Positions 1 through 6,246 of a stretch of DNA of 32,232 bases are shown here, piece by piece (positions within the stretch are counted from its first letter, which is position 1; the number at the start of each line of letters is the position of its first letter). The translations under genes were made by a program, and so were the position numbers. The notes beneath the pieces were generated by a model. It was not told where the DNA came from and ran no database searches. It saw only the letters and a list, made by a program, of their open reading frames with translations. The DNA is taken from the NCBI GenBank assembly GCA_944385595.1, contig CALWXY010000062.1, forward strand, positions 1 to 32,232, read 5' to 3'. This stretch comes from an uncultured Oscillospiraceae bacterium (lineage in GTDB: Bacteria > Bacillota > Clostridia > Oscillospirales > Oscillospiraceae).

Positions 1-7
1 TCGCCCC

Positions 8-45
8 AAAAATCGACTAGCTTCGCCAGAAGCTGGTCGATTTTT
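8..45. terminator. Long hairpin flanked by an A-run and a T-run (bidirectional intrinsic terminator candidate)
   Basis: AAAAATCGAC-t-AGCTTC-gcca-GAAGCT-g-GTCGATTTTT. Two nested perfect arms, with A5 upstream and T5 downstream. Confidence 0.5.
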
Positions 46-49
46 CCTT

Positions 50-128
50 ATTCACTCTTCACTATTCACTCTTCACTGACCTGATGGGTCGATTTTTGGA
101 AGTGAATAGTGAATAACGAATAGTGAAA
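50..128. repeat. Inverted arrays of a 7-bp unit around a 23-bp spacer
   Basis: ATTCACT CTTCACT ATTCACT CTTCACT at 50-77. The reverse-complement units AGTGAAT AGTGAAT AACGAAT AGTGAAA lie at 101-128. The spacer contains GGTCGATTTTT (87-97), a second copy of the 3' arm of the hairpin at 35-45. Confidence 0.8.
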
Positions 129-157
129 AAGTGTGGTGTGCCGCTGCGCGGCACGGA

Positions 158-343
158 TTAAATGGCGGCTGGCCCTGCGGGCTTGTCGCTTTTTTCATTT
201 TTCACCGATTTGCCTCGCCGTCTCCCGGCAGTGAATAGTGAAGAGTGAAAAGTGAATAGTGAATAGTTTGGGATGCGGCAAGGCGGCTCGCCGGTCACGA
301 GCAGGCTCAGTATCACCGGATGCTCCGGGCAATTTCTGTACAA
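158..343 (-). CDS. Hypothetical 61-aa ORF, or a non-coding leader, of the leftward transcript
   Basis: TTG at 343 lies 6 nt after AAAGGAGG and downstream of the consensus leftward promoter. The TAA stop (158-160) is followed by hairpin GTGCCGC-tgc-GCGGCAC (138-154). Against coding: codons are not GC3-rich like all neighbouring genes, the ORF runs through the heptamer array, and I recognise no family. Confidence 0.25.
   Translation of the reverse strand: MYRNCPEHPVILSLLVTGEPPCRIPNYSLFTFHSSLFTAGRRRGKSVKNEKSDKPAGPAAI
230..264. repeat. Third heptamer array (5 tandem AGTGAAW units)
   Basis: AGTGAAT AGTGAAG AGTGAAA AGTGAAT AGTGAAT, read directly from the sequence. Confidence 0.8.
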
Positions 344-354
344 GCTCCGCCTCC

Positions 355-433
355 TTTATGATTTTTCGTAATTTCATCTTCATATTACACGCAAATTCAT
401 AATTTGTCAACGCTAATTTATGATTTTTCGTAA
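355..433. promoter_or_regulatory. Candidate operator set: a 17-bp direct repeat bracketing the leftward promoter, plus a palindrome inside its spacer
   Basis: TTTATGATTTTTCGTAA occurs at 355-371 and again at 417-433 (identical). The palindrome CAAATT-cat-AATTTG at 392-406 lies between the -35 and -10 of the leftward promoter. Confidence 0.45.
382..410 (-). promoter_or_regulatory. Leftward sigma-A-type promoter
   Basis: On the minus strand: TTGACA (410-405), a 17-nt spacer, then TAATAT (387-382). Confidence 0.6.
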
Positions 434-441
434 AAATTCTG

Positions 442-469
442 TTGACAATCGGCAAAGCTATGATATCAT
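442..469 (+). promoter_or_regulatory. Rightward sigma-A-type promoter of the repressor gene
   Basis: TTGACA (442-447), a 16-nt spacer, then TATCAT (464-469) with a TG extension at 461-462. The TTG of this -35 box is the false start used by the ORF track. Confidence 0.55.
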
Positions 470-490
470 CAAATCAAAGGGGTGATATCA
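461..490. promoter_or_regulatory. Two copies of the self-complementary octamer TGATATCA, spaced 22 bp apart
   Basis: Copies at 461-468 (over the -10 box) and 483-490 (abutting the ATG at 490). Candidate autoregulatory sites. Confidence 0.35.
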
Positions 491-1227
491 TGTTCGGCTC
501 AAGACTGAAAGCGCTGCTCGACGAGCGCGGCATAAAACCCAGGGATTTCGCCCGCCGCGTCGGCATCCACGAGCAAACTCTCTACAGCCTCATCGACAGG
601 GACGGCAACAAAATCGACCTCGACGCGCTCCGCCGCGTCTCACACGAGCTCGACATCCCCATCCCCATCCTCTGCGGCGAGGACGGCGACGGGCAGCTCA
701 GCCTGCGCGAGTACGATATGCTGAACAAATTCCGCGCTCTCGACGAACACGGCAGGCGTCTCGCCGAGCTGGTCGTCGACGCCGAGCTCAGCCGCGTCTC
801 CGCCGAAAGCGAGCCGGAAAGCGCGAAAACCAAAATCATCCCCCTCTACGCGACGCCCGCCGCCGCGGGCTACGCAAACCCCGCCCTCGGCGAGGATTAC
901 GAGGACTACGCCGTCCCAGCCGACAGCCGCGCCGATTTCGCCGCCCGCATCAGCGGCGACAGTATGGAGCCCTTCATCGAGGACGGCAGCATAGTCCTCG
1001 TCAGCCGCAGCCAGCCCATCAGCGTCGGCGACGTCGGCCTCTTCTTCGTCGACGGCGATATCAAGTGCAAGCAGTACTGCGAGGACAGCTTCGGCAACGT
1101 CTACCTCTTCTCCCTCAACCGCGCGCGGGCCGACGCCGACACCACCATCCCCGCCAGCAGCGGCATAACCGTGTTCTGCTTCGGCAGGGTGCTGCTCCCG
1201 AAGCGCCCGCCGCTCCCGGACGTATGA
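490..1227 (+). CDS. cI/LexA-type repressor: XRE-family HTH fused to an S24 self-cleaving peptidase domain
   Basis: HTH segment GIKPRDFARRVGIHEQTLYSLI. Ala-Gly site in PAAAGY, catalytic Ser in GDSMEP and Lys in DIKCKQY, at LexA-like spacing. ATG 490 lies 5 nt after AAGGGGTG. Confidence 0.85.
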   Translation: MFGSRLKALLDERGIKPRDFARRVGIHEQTLYSLIDRDGNKIDLDALRRVSHELDIPIPILCGEDGDGQLSLREYDMLNKFRALDEHGRRLAELVVDAELSRVSAESEPESAKTKIIPLYATPAAAGYANPALGEDYEDYAVPADSRADFAARISGDSMEPFIEDGSIVLVSRSQPISVGDVGLFFVDGDIKCKQYCEDSFGNVYLFSLNRARADADTTIPASSGITVFCFGRVLLPKRPPLPDV

Positions 1228-1233
1228 TAGAAT

Positions 1234-1277
1234 GAAAAAAGCGCCTGAGATGGCAAGCCATCTCAGGCGCTTTCTTT
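1234..1277. terminator. Bidirectional intrinsic terminator between the convergent repressor gene and the last tail gene
   Basis: A7, then GCGCCTGAGATGGC-aa-GCCATCTCAGGCGC (perfect 14-bp stem), then TTTCTTT. Confidence 0.85.
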
Positions 1278-1860
1278 ATGTCGATATCTTTTTCGTGAAA
1301 TCGTAGGCCTCGAACTCCCACCAGCTCAGCTCGAGGGCGTCCAGCTCGCCCCAGGTCAGCCCGGCGGACTCGATGTCGTTCCAGCTTGGGTACAGGAAGA
1401 AGTAGCTGACGTTCAGATGACAGGGCAGTATGTCCTCTATGCGCTTCGACAGCTCCGCAAAGTCGGGCGGCACGCCGCGCACATCCTCGAAGTGCACCAG
1501 CACCGTCATCGGCTCCGCGCTCTCCTCCGCCACGGCGGTGAAGCCGGAGCCGGAGAGCGTGTCGTTCAGCGCCGCCTGGGTGAAGCTGCGCCCGTCGATC
1601 CGCATCAGCGCCGCTATGGCGAGGCGTCTGCCGTCCGCGTCGCTGCGGAGCGGGCGGTAGGGGAACAGCTCCTCCCAGGCCGTGAGGCCGTCGTCCTGCG
1701 CCGTCGCGAGCAGCATCTCGCGCAGCGCCGTCTCGGCGCTGTCGAAGCTGAGGTCGAGCACCTCGCCCACGACGTTCAGCTCCTCGCCGGAGCGCCCTCC
1801 GTCGAGCCGGTAGACTCCGAGGGGTCTCAGCAGCTCGCGCATGTTGTCGGCGTAGCCCAT
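1276..1860 (-). CDS. Baseplate/tail protein, XkdU/YmfQ (DUF2313, Mu gp48)-like; last gene of the cluster
   Basis: 194 aa, lying directly after the baseplate-J gene as in PBSX-type clusters. Assignment rests on position, size and general sequence character only. Confidence 0.5.
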   Translation of the reverse strand: MGYADNMRELLRPLGVYRLDGGRSGEELNVVGEVLDLSFDSAETALREMLLATAQDDGLTAWEELFPYRPLRSDADGRRLAIAALMRIDGRSFTQAALNDTLSGSGFTAVAEESAEPMTVLVHFEDVRGVPPDFAELSKRIEDILPCHLNVSYFFLYPSWNDIESAGLTWGELDALELSWWEFEAYDFTKKIST

Positions 1861-1861
1861 A

Positions 1862-2911
1862 CTAAGCCCCCATTTCCGTTATCGTGAGCGTGCCGAGCGT
1901 CGGCAGCACGCCGTCCTGCGCGGCTATGTCCGCCGCCGGGGCGGTGATGCGGTAGTTCGTCACGCCCTCGGCTGAGAACAGCGCGCGGCCTATCTCCGCG
2001 AGCAGCACCGGCCTGCCCAGCATGGCGCCGGTGAACATCTCATACAGCGCGGCCTCGGCGGCCGCCTTCGCGCTCTCGAAATCCCCGCTCTCTATCTGGA
2101 CGCTCACATTCGTCTGGCTCAGCTGCGGGGCGCTCACCTCTATGTCGACGCATATCTCGCGCTGCGACTGCAGGCGCAGCTCCACCTCGCTCACCGTGGC
2201 GCTGTCGGGCGTGCCGCTCTCGGCGGCTATCACGACGTCCACGGTGCCGACGCCGCGGCGCTTCGGCAGCACCTGCACGGCGAAAACGCCGGGCACCGCC
2301 AGCGCCTGCGCCTCGTAGTAGGCGATGTTCGCGCCGTTCGGCAGGCTGCTGTAGCTGTCGAGTATCCTCGCGCGGAGGCTCTCGTCGTCCTCGCCGGCGC
2401 TGCCGCCGGTGAACGGCTCCGGGTTCTGACAGCCCGTGACGCCCACCGGCGGGTACGGCATGTAGCAGATGGCCAGCGCCGGGGCGTTGCCGCTCTCGCC
2501 GCCGCTCACCGCCTCGGCGGGCAGGTCGCAGTAGAGCGCCCCCGCCTCTATCGCGCCCGCCTCGGTCACGGCAAACTCAGTGCCCGCCGCATCCGTGCAG
2601 ATGACGCCCGCCTCTATCGCGACGGGCGAGTCATGCGCCTCGTCCACGAAAAAGCGCAGAGTGCCCATGGCCTTCGTCGCGCCGCCGCGCTCAAGGCCGC
2701 GTATTCCGGCGTGCAGGTCGAGATACTCGCCCTGCGCCGTCTGCGGAAAGGCCTGCCTGCGCGAGAACTCAAGCTGGTTCTCAAGCGCGAGCACCTGTGC
2801 CGCAAAGGCGTAGAACCTCAGCGACATGTCCCCGCCCGGACGCAGCACCAGCGAGCAGCGGCTCTCGTATTCCTTCGCCATCTCGGCGTAGATCTCGTCT
2901 ATGGTTCTCAT
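1862..2911 (-). CDS. Baseplate J-like wedge protein (XkdT-like)
   Basis: About 349 aa following the gp25-like gene. ATG 2911 lies 6 nt after GAGG; the TTG at 2923 in the ORF track is unlikely to be the start. Position and size fit the Baseplate_J family. Confidence 0.7.
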   Translation of the reverse strand: MRTIDEIYAEMAKEYESRCSLVLRPGGDMSLRFYAFAAQVLALENQLEFSRRQAFPQTAQGEYLDLHAGIRGLERGGATKAMGTLRFFVDEAHDSPVAIEAGVICTDAAGTEFAVTEAGAIEAGALYCDLPAEAVSGGESGNAPALAICYMPYPPVGVTGCQNPEPFTGGSAGEDDESLRARILDSYSSLPNGANIAYYEAQALAVPGVFAVQVLPKRRGVGTVDVVIAAESGTPDSATVSEVELRLQSQREICVDIEVSAPQLSQTNVSVQIESGDFESAKAAAEAALYEMFTGAMLGRPVLLAEIGRALFSAEGVTNYRITAPAADIAAQDGVLPTLGTLTITEMGA

Positions 2912-2919
2912 TGCACACC

Positions 2920-3261
2920 TCAAATCACAGTCGTAATGTTCAGGCTGTCGCCACCGGCGGTGAGGCTCAGCTCAAGGCGCAGGCCGTCCTCGGTCTCGCT
3001 GAGCTGCAAATCCTCGAGGACGACGTCCTCGCCCTCAAGCGCCTCGGCCACGAACTGCCTCGCGCTGCCCTCGCGCTCGCTGGGGCGCATGGAGCTGAGC
3101 GTGTAGAGCCTGCTGCCGTAGTCCGGCAGCACCGCAAGTCCACCGCGACGCGCCGCGAGGCGCAGCATCAGGCGCTGGGCCAGCTCCTCCGAGCCGGTGA
3201 CGCTCTCAAGGTCGTGATATTTTCCGGCGGTGTAGTCGCCGTCAACAAGCTTCAGCTCCAT
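2920..3261 (-). CDS. gp25/GPW-like baseplate wedge protein (XkdS-like)
   Basis: 113 aa lying between the spike and J genes. Its start shares one base with the upstream stop (TGATG). Confidence 0.6.
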   Translation of the reverse strand: MELKLVDGDYTAGKYHDLESVTGSEELAQRLMLRLAARRGGLAVLPDYGSRLYTLSSMRPSEREGSARQFVAEALEGEDVVLEDLQLSETEDGLRLELSLTAGGDSLNITTVI

Positions 3262-3686
3262 CAGAGCACACCCCCGTTCGGCTCGTATTTCTCGCCGTTC
3301 ACATAGAGGCTGCCCTCTATGCGGACGGTGCCGTTCAGCCCTATCTGCCCGCCGGTTATGCTTATGCTGCCGTCGGCGTTTATGGTGCAGCTCCCGCCGG
3401 TGATGGTGCAGCTCGAGCCGGCTATCTTCACCTGCTCCGGCACGCCGCCGTCGCGCTGGGCAATCACGCCCGCGACGATGGCCTCGCCCTCGTCCGTCGT
3501 GAGCAGCAGCACCCTGTCGCCCAGCCTCAGGCCGGAGGAAAAGCCCGCCGGCGAGGCCAGTGTGAGCGAGCGCTTCTCGCTCTCGGTCAGCACGGCGACG
3601 GACGCCCCGCCTATGCTGACGGTGCCGGTCTCGGCGCGCACCGGCGCGGAGCCGCCGCCGAACTTCATTTTCTCAGAAATCCACAT
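3261..3686 (-). CDS. Baseplate central spike / assembly protein V-like (XkdR-like N-terminus plus a repetitive beta-helix-like C-terminus)
   Basis: 141 aa. C-terminal repeats are SSCTITGGSCTINADGSISITGGQIGLNGTVRIEG. AAAGGAGGAG lies upstream of the ATG. Confidence 0.5.
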   Translation of the reverse strand: MWISEKMKFGGGSAPVRAETGTVSIGGASVAVLTESEKRSLTLASPAGFSSGLRLGDRVLLLTTDEGEAIVAGVIAQRDGGVPEQVKIAGSSCTITGGSCTINADGSISITGGQIGLNGTVRIEGSLYVNGEKYEPNGGVL

Positions 3687-3690
3687 GTAC

Positions 3691-4623
3691 TCACTCCTCC
3701 TTTATGAGCCGCAGCACGGTCTCGCCGGATTCGGCGTCCGCCGTGCAGCGGCTCTCGGCCACGAGATAGCGCCCGCCGCCGCCCAGCGGGGTCGACGGCA
3801 GCAGCACAATGTCGCCCGCGAATGCCGGGAACATCAGCGGCAGCGTCAGCTCCGTGACGTCCATCTCCCGCTCCGACTGCGCTATCTGGTACTCGCCGGT
3901 GTAGCGCATCGAGTCGTAGAGCGTGTAGCGCGGGACGTTCACCACCCGCCTGCACAGGCAGCCCAGCTCTATGGCCTCCGGGTTCTCGACCACGGTGGAT
4001 ATGCCCGCCGGGTTGTTCTTCACCAGCACATGCGAGAACACCCCGCTGCGCCGCCTGATCTCGCGCTGGCGGACGACGGCGGCGGAGCCGAGGTCTATCT
4101 CGCCGCCCCGCTCGCCGGTGAGTATCAGCCTGCCGCGCCTGTCGAAGCGCGGCTCCACGCCGCCGCCGAAAAAGCAGAAGTCGCGCAGCACCTTCCACTG
4201 GCTCGAGCCGGAGGATATGGGGAACCTGCCCCGGCAGCTCATGGCGCTGTAGCTGACCTCGCTTATCCGCCAGGGATAGACGTGCCGCTCCAGTATCAGG
4301 TCTATGCCGGGGTCCCAGTACTCGGCGCTCTCGGCCTCGTTGTCGAGCAGATACGCCGCCCGCCCGCGCCCGGAGAGGCGCGCCGTCGCGCCGGAGGCGT
4401 CGGCAGACAGCTCGTACTCGTCGACGACGCCGCGAAACACCGTCTCGCCCTCGTGGGTGCACAGCAGCTCGGAGGCGGCGGTAAGCGTCTCCGCGAGGCC
4501 GTCGACTATGGGGAAGCTCAGCTCAAAGGCGTCGCAGTCCCAGATGCTGTGCACTATGTCCCAGGCGAGCAGCACCGGCATGGCCGACATGTTCCCCTTT
4601 GCGTCATATATGTAAGCCTCCAG
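3691..4623 (-). CDS. Baseplate hub protein, XkdQ/YqbQ (gpD-like) family; probable CTG start
   Basis: Follows the LysM protein as in PBSX. The in-frame upstream extension LEAYIYDAKGN begins at CTG 4623-4621, 6 nt after GAGGGGGG. The first ATG is at 4590. Confidence 0.55.
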   Translation of the reverse strand: MEAYIYDAKGNMSAMPVLLAWDIVHSIWDCDAFELSFPIVDGLAETLTAASELLCTHEGETVFRGVVDEYELSADASGATARLSGRGRAAYLLDNEAESAEYWDPGIDLILERHVYPWRISEVSYSAMSCRGRFPISSGSSQWKVLRDFCFFGGGVEPRFDRRGRLILTGERGGEIDLGSAAVVRQREIRRRSGVFSHVLVKNNPAGISTVVENPEAIELGCLCRRVVNVPRYTLYDSMRYTGEYQIAQSEREMDVTELTLPLMFPAFAGDIVLLPSTPLGGGGRYLVAESRCTADAESGETVLRLIKEE

Positions 4624-4635
4624 AAAAATCCCCCC

Positions 4636-5181
4636 TCAGTAAATCCGCACGGTGTCGCCCGCCGTGAGGAGGTTGGGATTTTTAATCTGGGGATTCAGCT
4701 CCAGAAGCTTCTGCGCACCGCCGTAGGCGGCGGCCAGCGTCCAGAAGCTCTCGCCCGGCAGGAGGACGTGCCTGTTCGACTCCGGCTCGCCGTAGCCGTC
4801 GCGCCCGGCCTCGGTGACGTCGCCGTACTGGTCGAAGCTCTCCCAGAACTCGAAGCTGTAGGCGACGTAGTCCTCCGTCGGCACCTCGCGCAGGCTCAGC
4901 TCGACGAAATAGGCGTTGCTCTCCTGCCATATCGGGTGCACCAGCAGCCCCGGGCGGTTCTCGTAGAACACGGTCGCGAGGCGCGAGAACTCGTCGTAGG
5001 CCCCGTCGCCGACAAACTCGCCGCTGCCGCGCAGTATGCGGCAGCTCCTGCCCATGTTCTGCAGGACGTAGGCGCCGAAGGGCACCTTGCGGCAGACTAT
5101 GTCGCGCGAGAACAGCACCTCGTAGGTGTGCGGGTTGTGCGGCCAGATGTAGTTTTTATACCGCATAGGCGTCAGATTCAT
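4636..5181 (-). CDS. LysM-domain tail protein (XkdP-like, tube initiator/baseplate)
   Basis: C-terminal LysM-like segment HVLLPGESFWTLAAAYGGAQKLLELNPQIKNPNLLTAGDTVRIY. Lies immediately downstream of the tape-measure slot. Confidence 0.7.
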   Translation of the reverse strand: MNLTPMRYKNYIWPHNPHTYEVLFSRDIVCRKVPFGAYVLQNMGRSCRILRGSGEFVGDGAYDEFSRLATVFYENRPGLLVHPIWQESNAYFVELSLREVPTEDYVAYSFEFWESFDQYGDVTEAGRDGYGEPESNRHVLLPGESFWTLAAAYGGAQKLLELNPQIKNPNLLTAGDTVRIY

Positions 5182-5192
5182 GGAAAGCCCCC

Positions 5193-5627
5193 CTAGTATT
5201 TCTCAAGCGGCGCGTCGTAGCGGCGGCTGTCGCGCCTGATGCGCTCGGAGTATTCCTCGAGCAGCCTCGCCCTCTCGCCCAGCGAGGCCGCGCCGCCCGC
5301 GGACGCGGCGCTTCCAGTCCGAGCTCCGCCGCCCTCCCCGAAGACGGCGCGCTCCCTCGCGGAGACGGCCTCGCCGCCCGCGAACACAGCCCCGCCCGGC
5401 TCGCGGCGCAGGCTCAGAAATTCGCGCGGCGCCGCGTCCGGCGAGTCCGCGCCGGACGCGCCCTTCAGCAGCGCGGAGGCGGCAAAGCCGCTCTCCGCAA
5501 AGCCCCAGCCCCCGGCGCGGCGGGCATCCGCAAAGTCCCCGCCCGCCGCCGGGGCCGACGCGAGCAGCGCCGCGAGTATCTCGCGCGACAGCTCAGTGAG
5601 CTCCGCGCGGCTCAGTTCAAGCTCCAT
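5193..5627 (-). CDS. 144-aa Ala/Gly/Arg/Glu-rich protein occupying the tape-measure position (candidate mini tape measure)
   Basis: Lies between the chaperone and the LysM protein. Has its own SD: GAGGGAGGG, 8 nt, ATG. The termini look helical (MELELSRAELTELSREILAALL; RARLLEEYSERIRRDSRRY) and the centre is low-complexity. Confidence 0.45.
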   Translation of the reverse strand: MELELSRAELTELSREILAALLASAPAAGGDFADARRAGGWGFAESGFAASALLKGASGADSPDAAPREFLSLRREPGGAVFAGGEAVSARERAVFGEGGGARTGSAASAGGAASLGERARLLEEYSERIRRDSRRYDAPLEKY

Positions 5628-5850
5628 CAGCTCTGCCCTCCCTCAGCCTCTCAAAGCGCAGCCCGTCGAAGGCGGGGTTGAAGCTCGCCTCTCCCCCGCC
5701 CGACTGCTCCGAGAGCAAATGCAGCCCGCATTTGACGACCTCCGCGTCGCTCTGGCAGTAGGGCGCTATGCCCAGACGCCGCGCCACATACCAGCGCAGC
5801 TGCTCCAGAGCGTCGTCGGAGAGCGCCGCGAGCGCGGCGTTCAGTCTCAT
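5617..5850 (-). CDS. Putative tail assembly chaperone (XkdN slot), 77 aa
   Basis: ATG 5850-5848 overlaps the tube-gene stop as ATGA. The upstream 30 codons in the ORF track are an out-of-frame run inside the tube gene. Function is assigned by position only. Confidence 0.4.
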   Translation of the reverse strand: MRLNAALAALSDDALEQLRWYVARRLGIAPYCQSDAEVVKCGLHLLSEQSGGGEASFNPAFDGLRFERLREGRADGA

Positions 5851-6236
5851 GTCTCGGTCTCTATCCTGTGGCTGGCCGTGAGAGTCACCTTCTCGGCCAC
5901 CATGCGGCTGAGCTCGCCGGTCTCGGCGATCTCGCTCCACTGGCAGCCGGTGTAGACGACGCGGCGGTCAGGCTTCACTATGACCAGCGAGAAATCGCTG
6001 AGCGAGTAGAAGTCTATGCCGTCGGCCACGGCCTCGGCGGTGGCGTAGAGCCTCGTGAGCTCCAGCTTGTATGTGAGCTGGGTGGCTATGGTCGCGACCG
6101 GCTCGGACTCGCCGAAGGCCTCGACCACCTGCTCGGAGCGCTTTGCCGTCGCCTTGTAGCTCTGCACGACGGCTATTTTCTTGCCGTCGGCCTCAAGATA
6201 GATGTCGCTGCTTGTGGGAAAACCAACTGTACTCAT
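5847..6236 (-). CDS. Tail tube protein (XkdM-like)
   Basis: 129 aa directly after the sheath gene. AGGAGG lies 6 nt upstream of the ATG. Confidence 0.65.
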   Translation of the reverse strand: MSTVGFPTSSDIYLEADGKKIAVVQSYKATAKRSEQVVEAFGESEPVATIATQLTYKLELTRLYATAEAVADGIDFYSLSDFSLVIVKPDRRVVYTGCQWSEIAETGELSRMVAEKVTLTASHRIETET

Positions 6237-6246
6237 GCTCCGCCTC

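Noticed and set aside
50-264. Heptamer arrays considered as a CRISPR array or as coding repeats.
   Set aside because: The units are 7 bp with no spacers, which is far too short for CRISPR. The period is not a multiple of three, and no cas genes are present.
195-455. An 86-aa minus-strand ORF overlapping the switch region.
   Set aside because: Its TTG start lies between the -35 and -10 elements of the rightward promoter, upstream of the mapped leftward -35/-10 pair. It would therefore not be on the leftward transcript. No SD is present.
442-489. N-terminal extension of the repressor (MTIGKAMISSNQRGDI) given in the ORF track.
   Set aside because: The TTG at 442 is the -35 hexamer TTGACA of the gene's own promoter. 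The ATG at 490 has a proper SD and begins the HTH domain.
3319-5196. A 625-aa plus-strand ORF, together with similar long ORFs at 5239-5955, 6202-7296, 8866-9438, 9550-10515, 10836-11957 and 12626-13174, lying opposite the phage genes.
   Set aside because: These are Arg/Ala/Gly/Pro-rich, lack SD sequences and recognisable motifs, and lie exactly antisense to well-supported structural genes. They are typical shadow ORFs of high-GC DNA.
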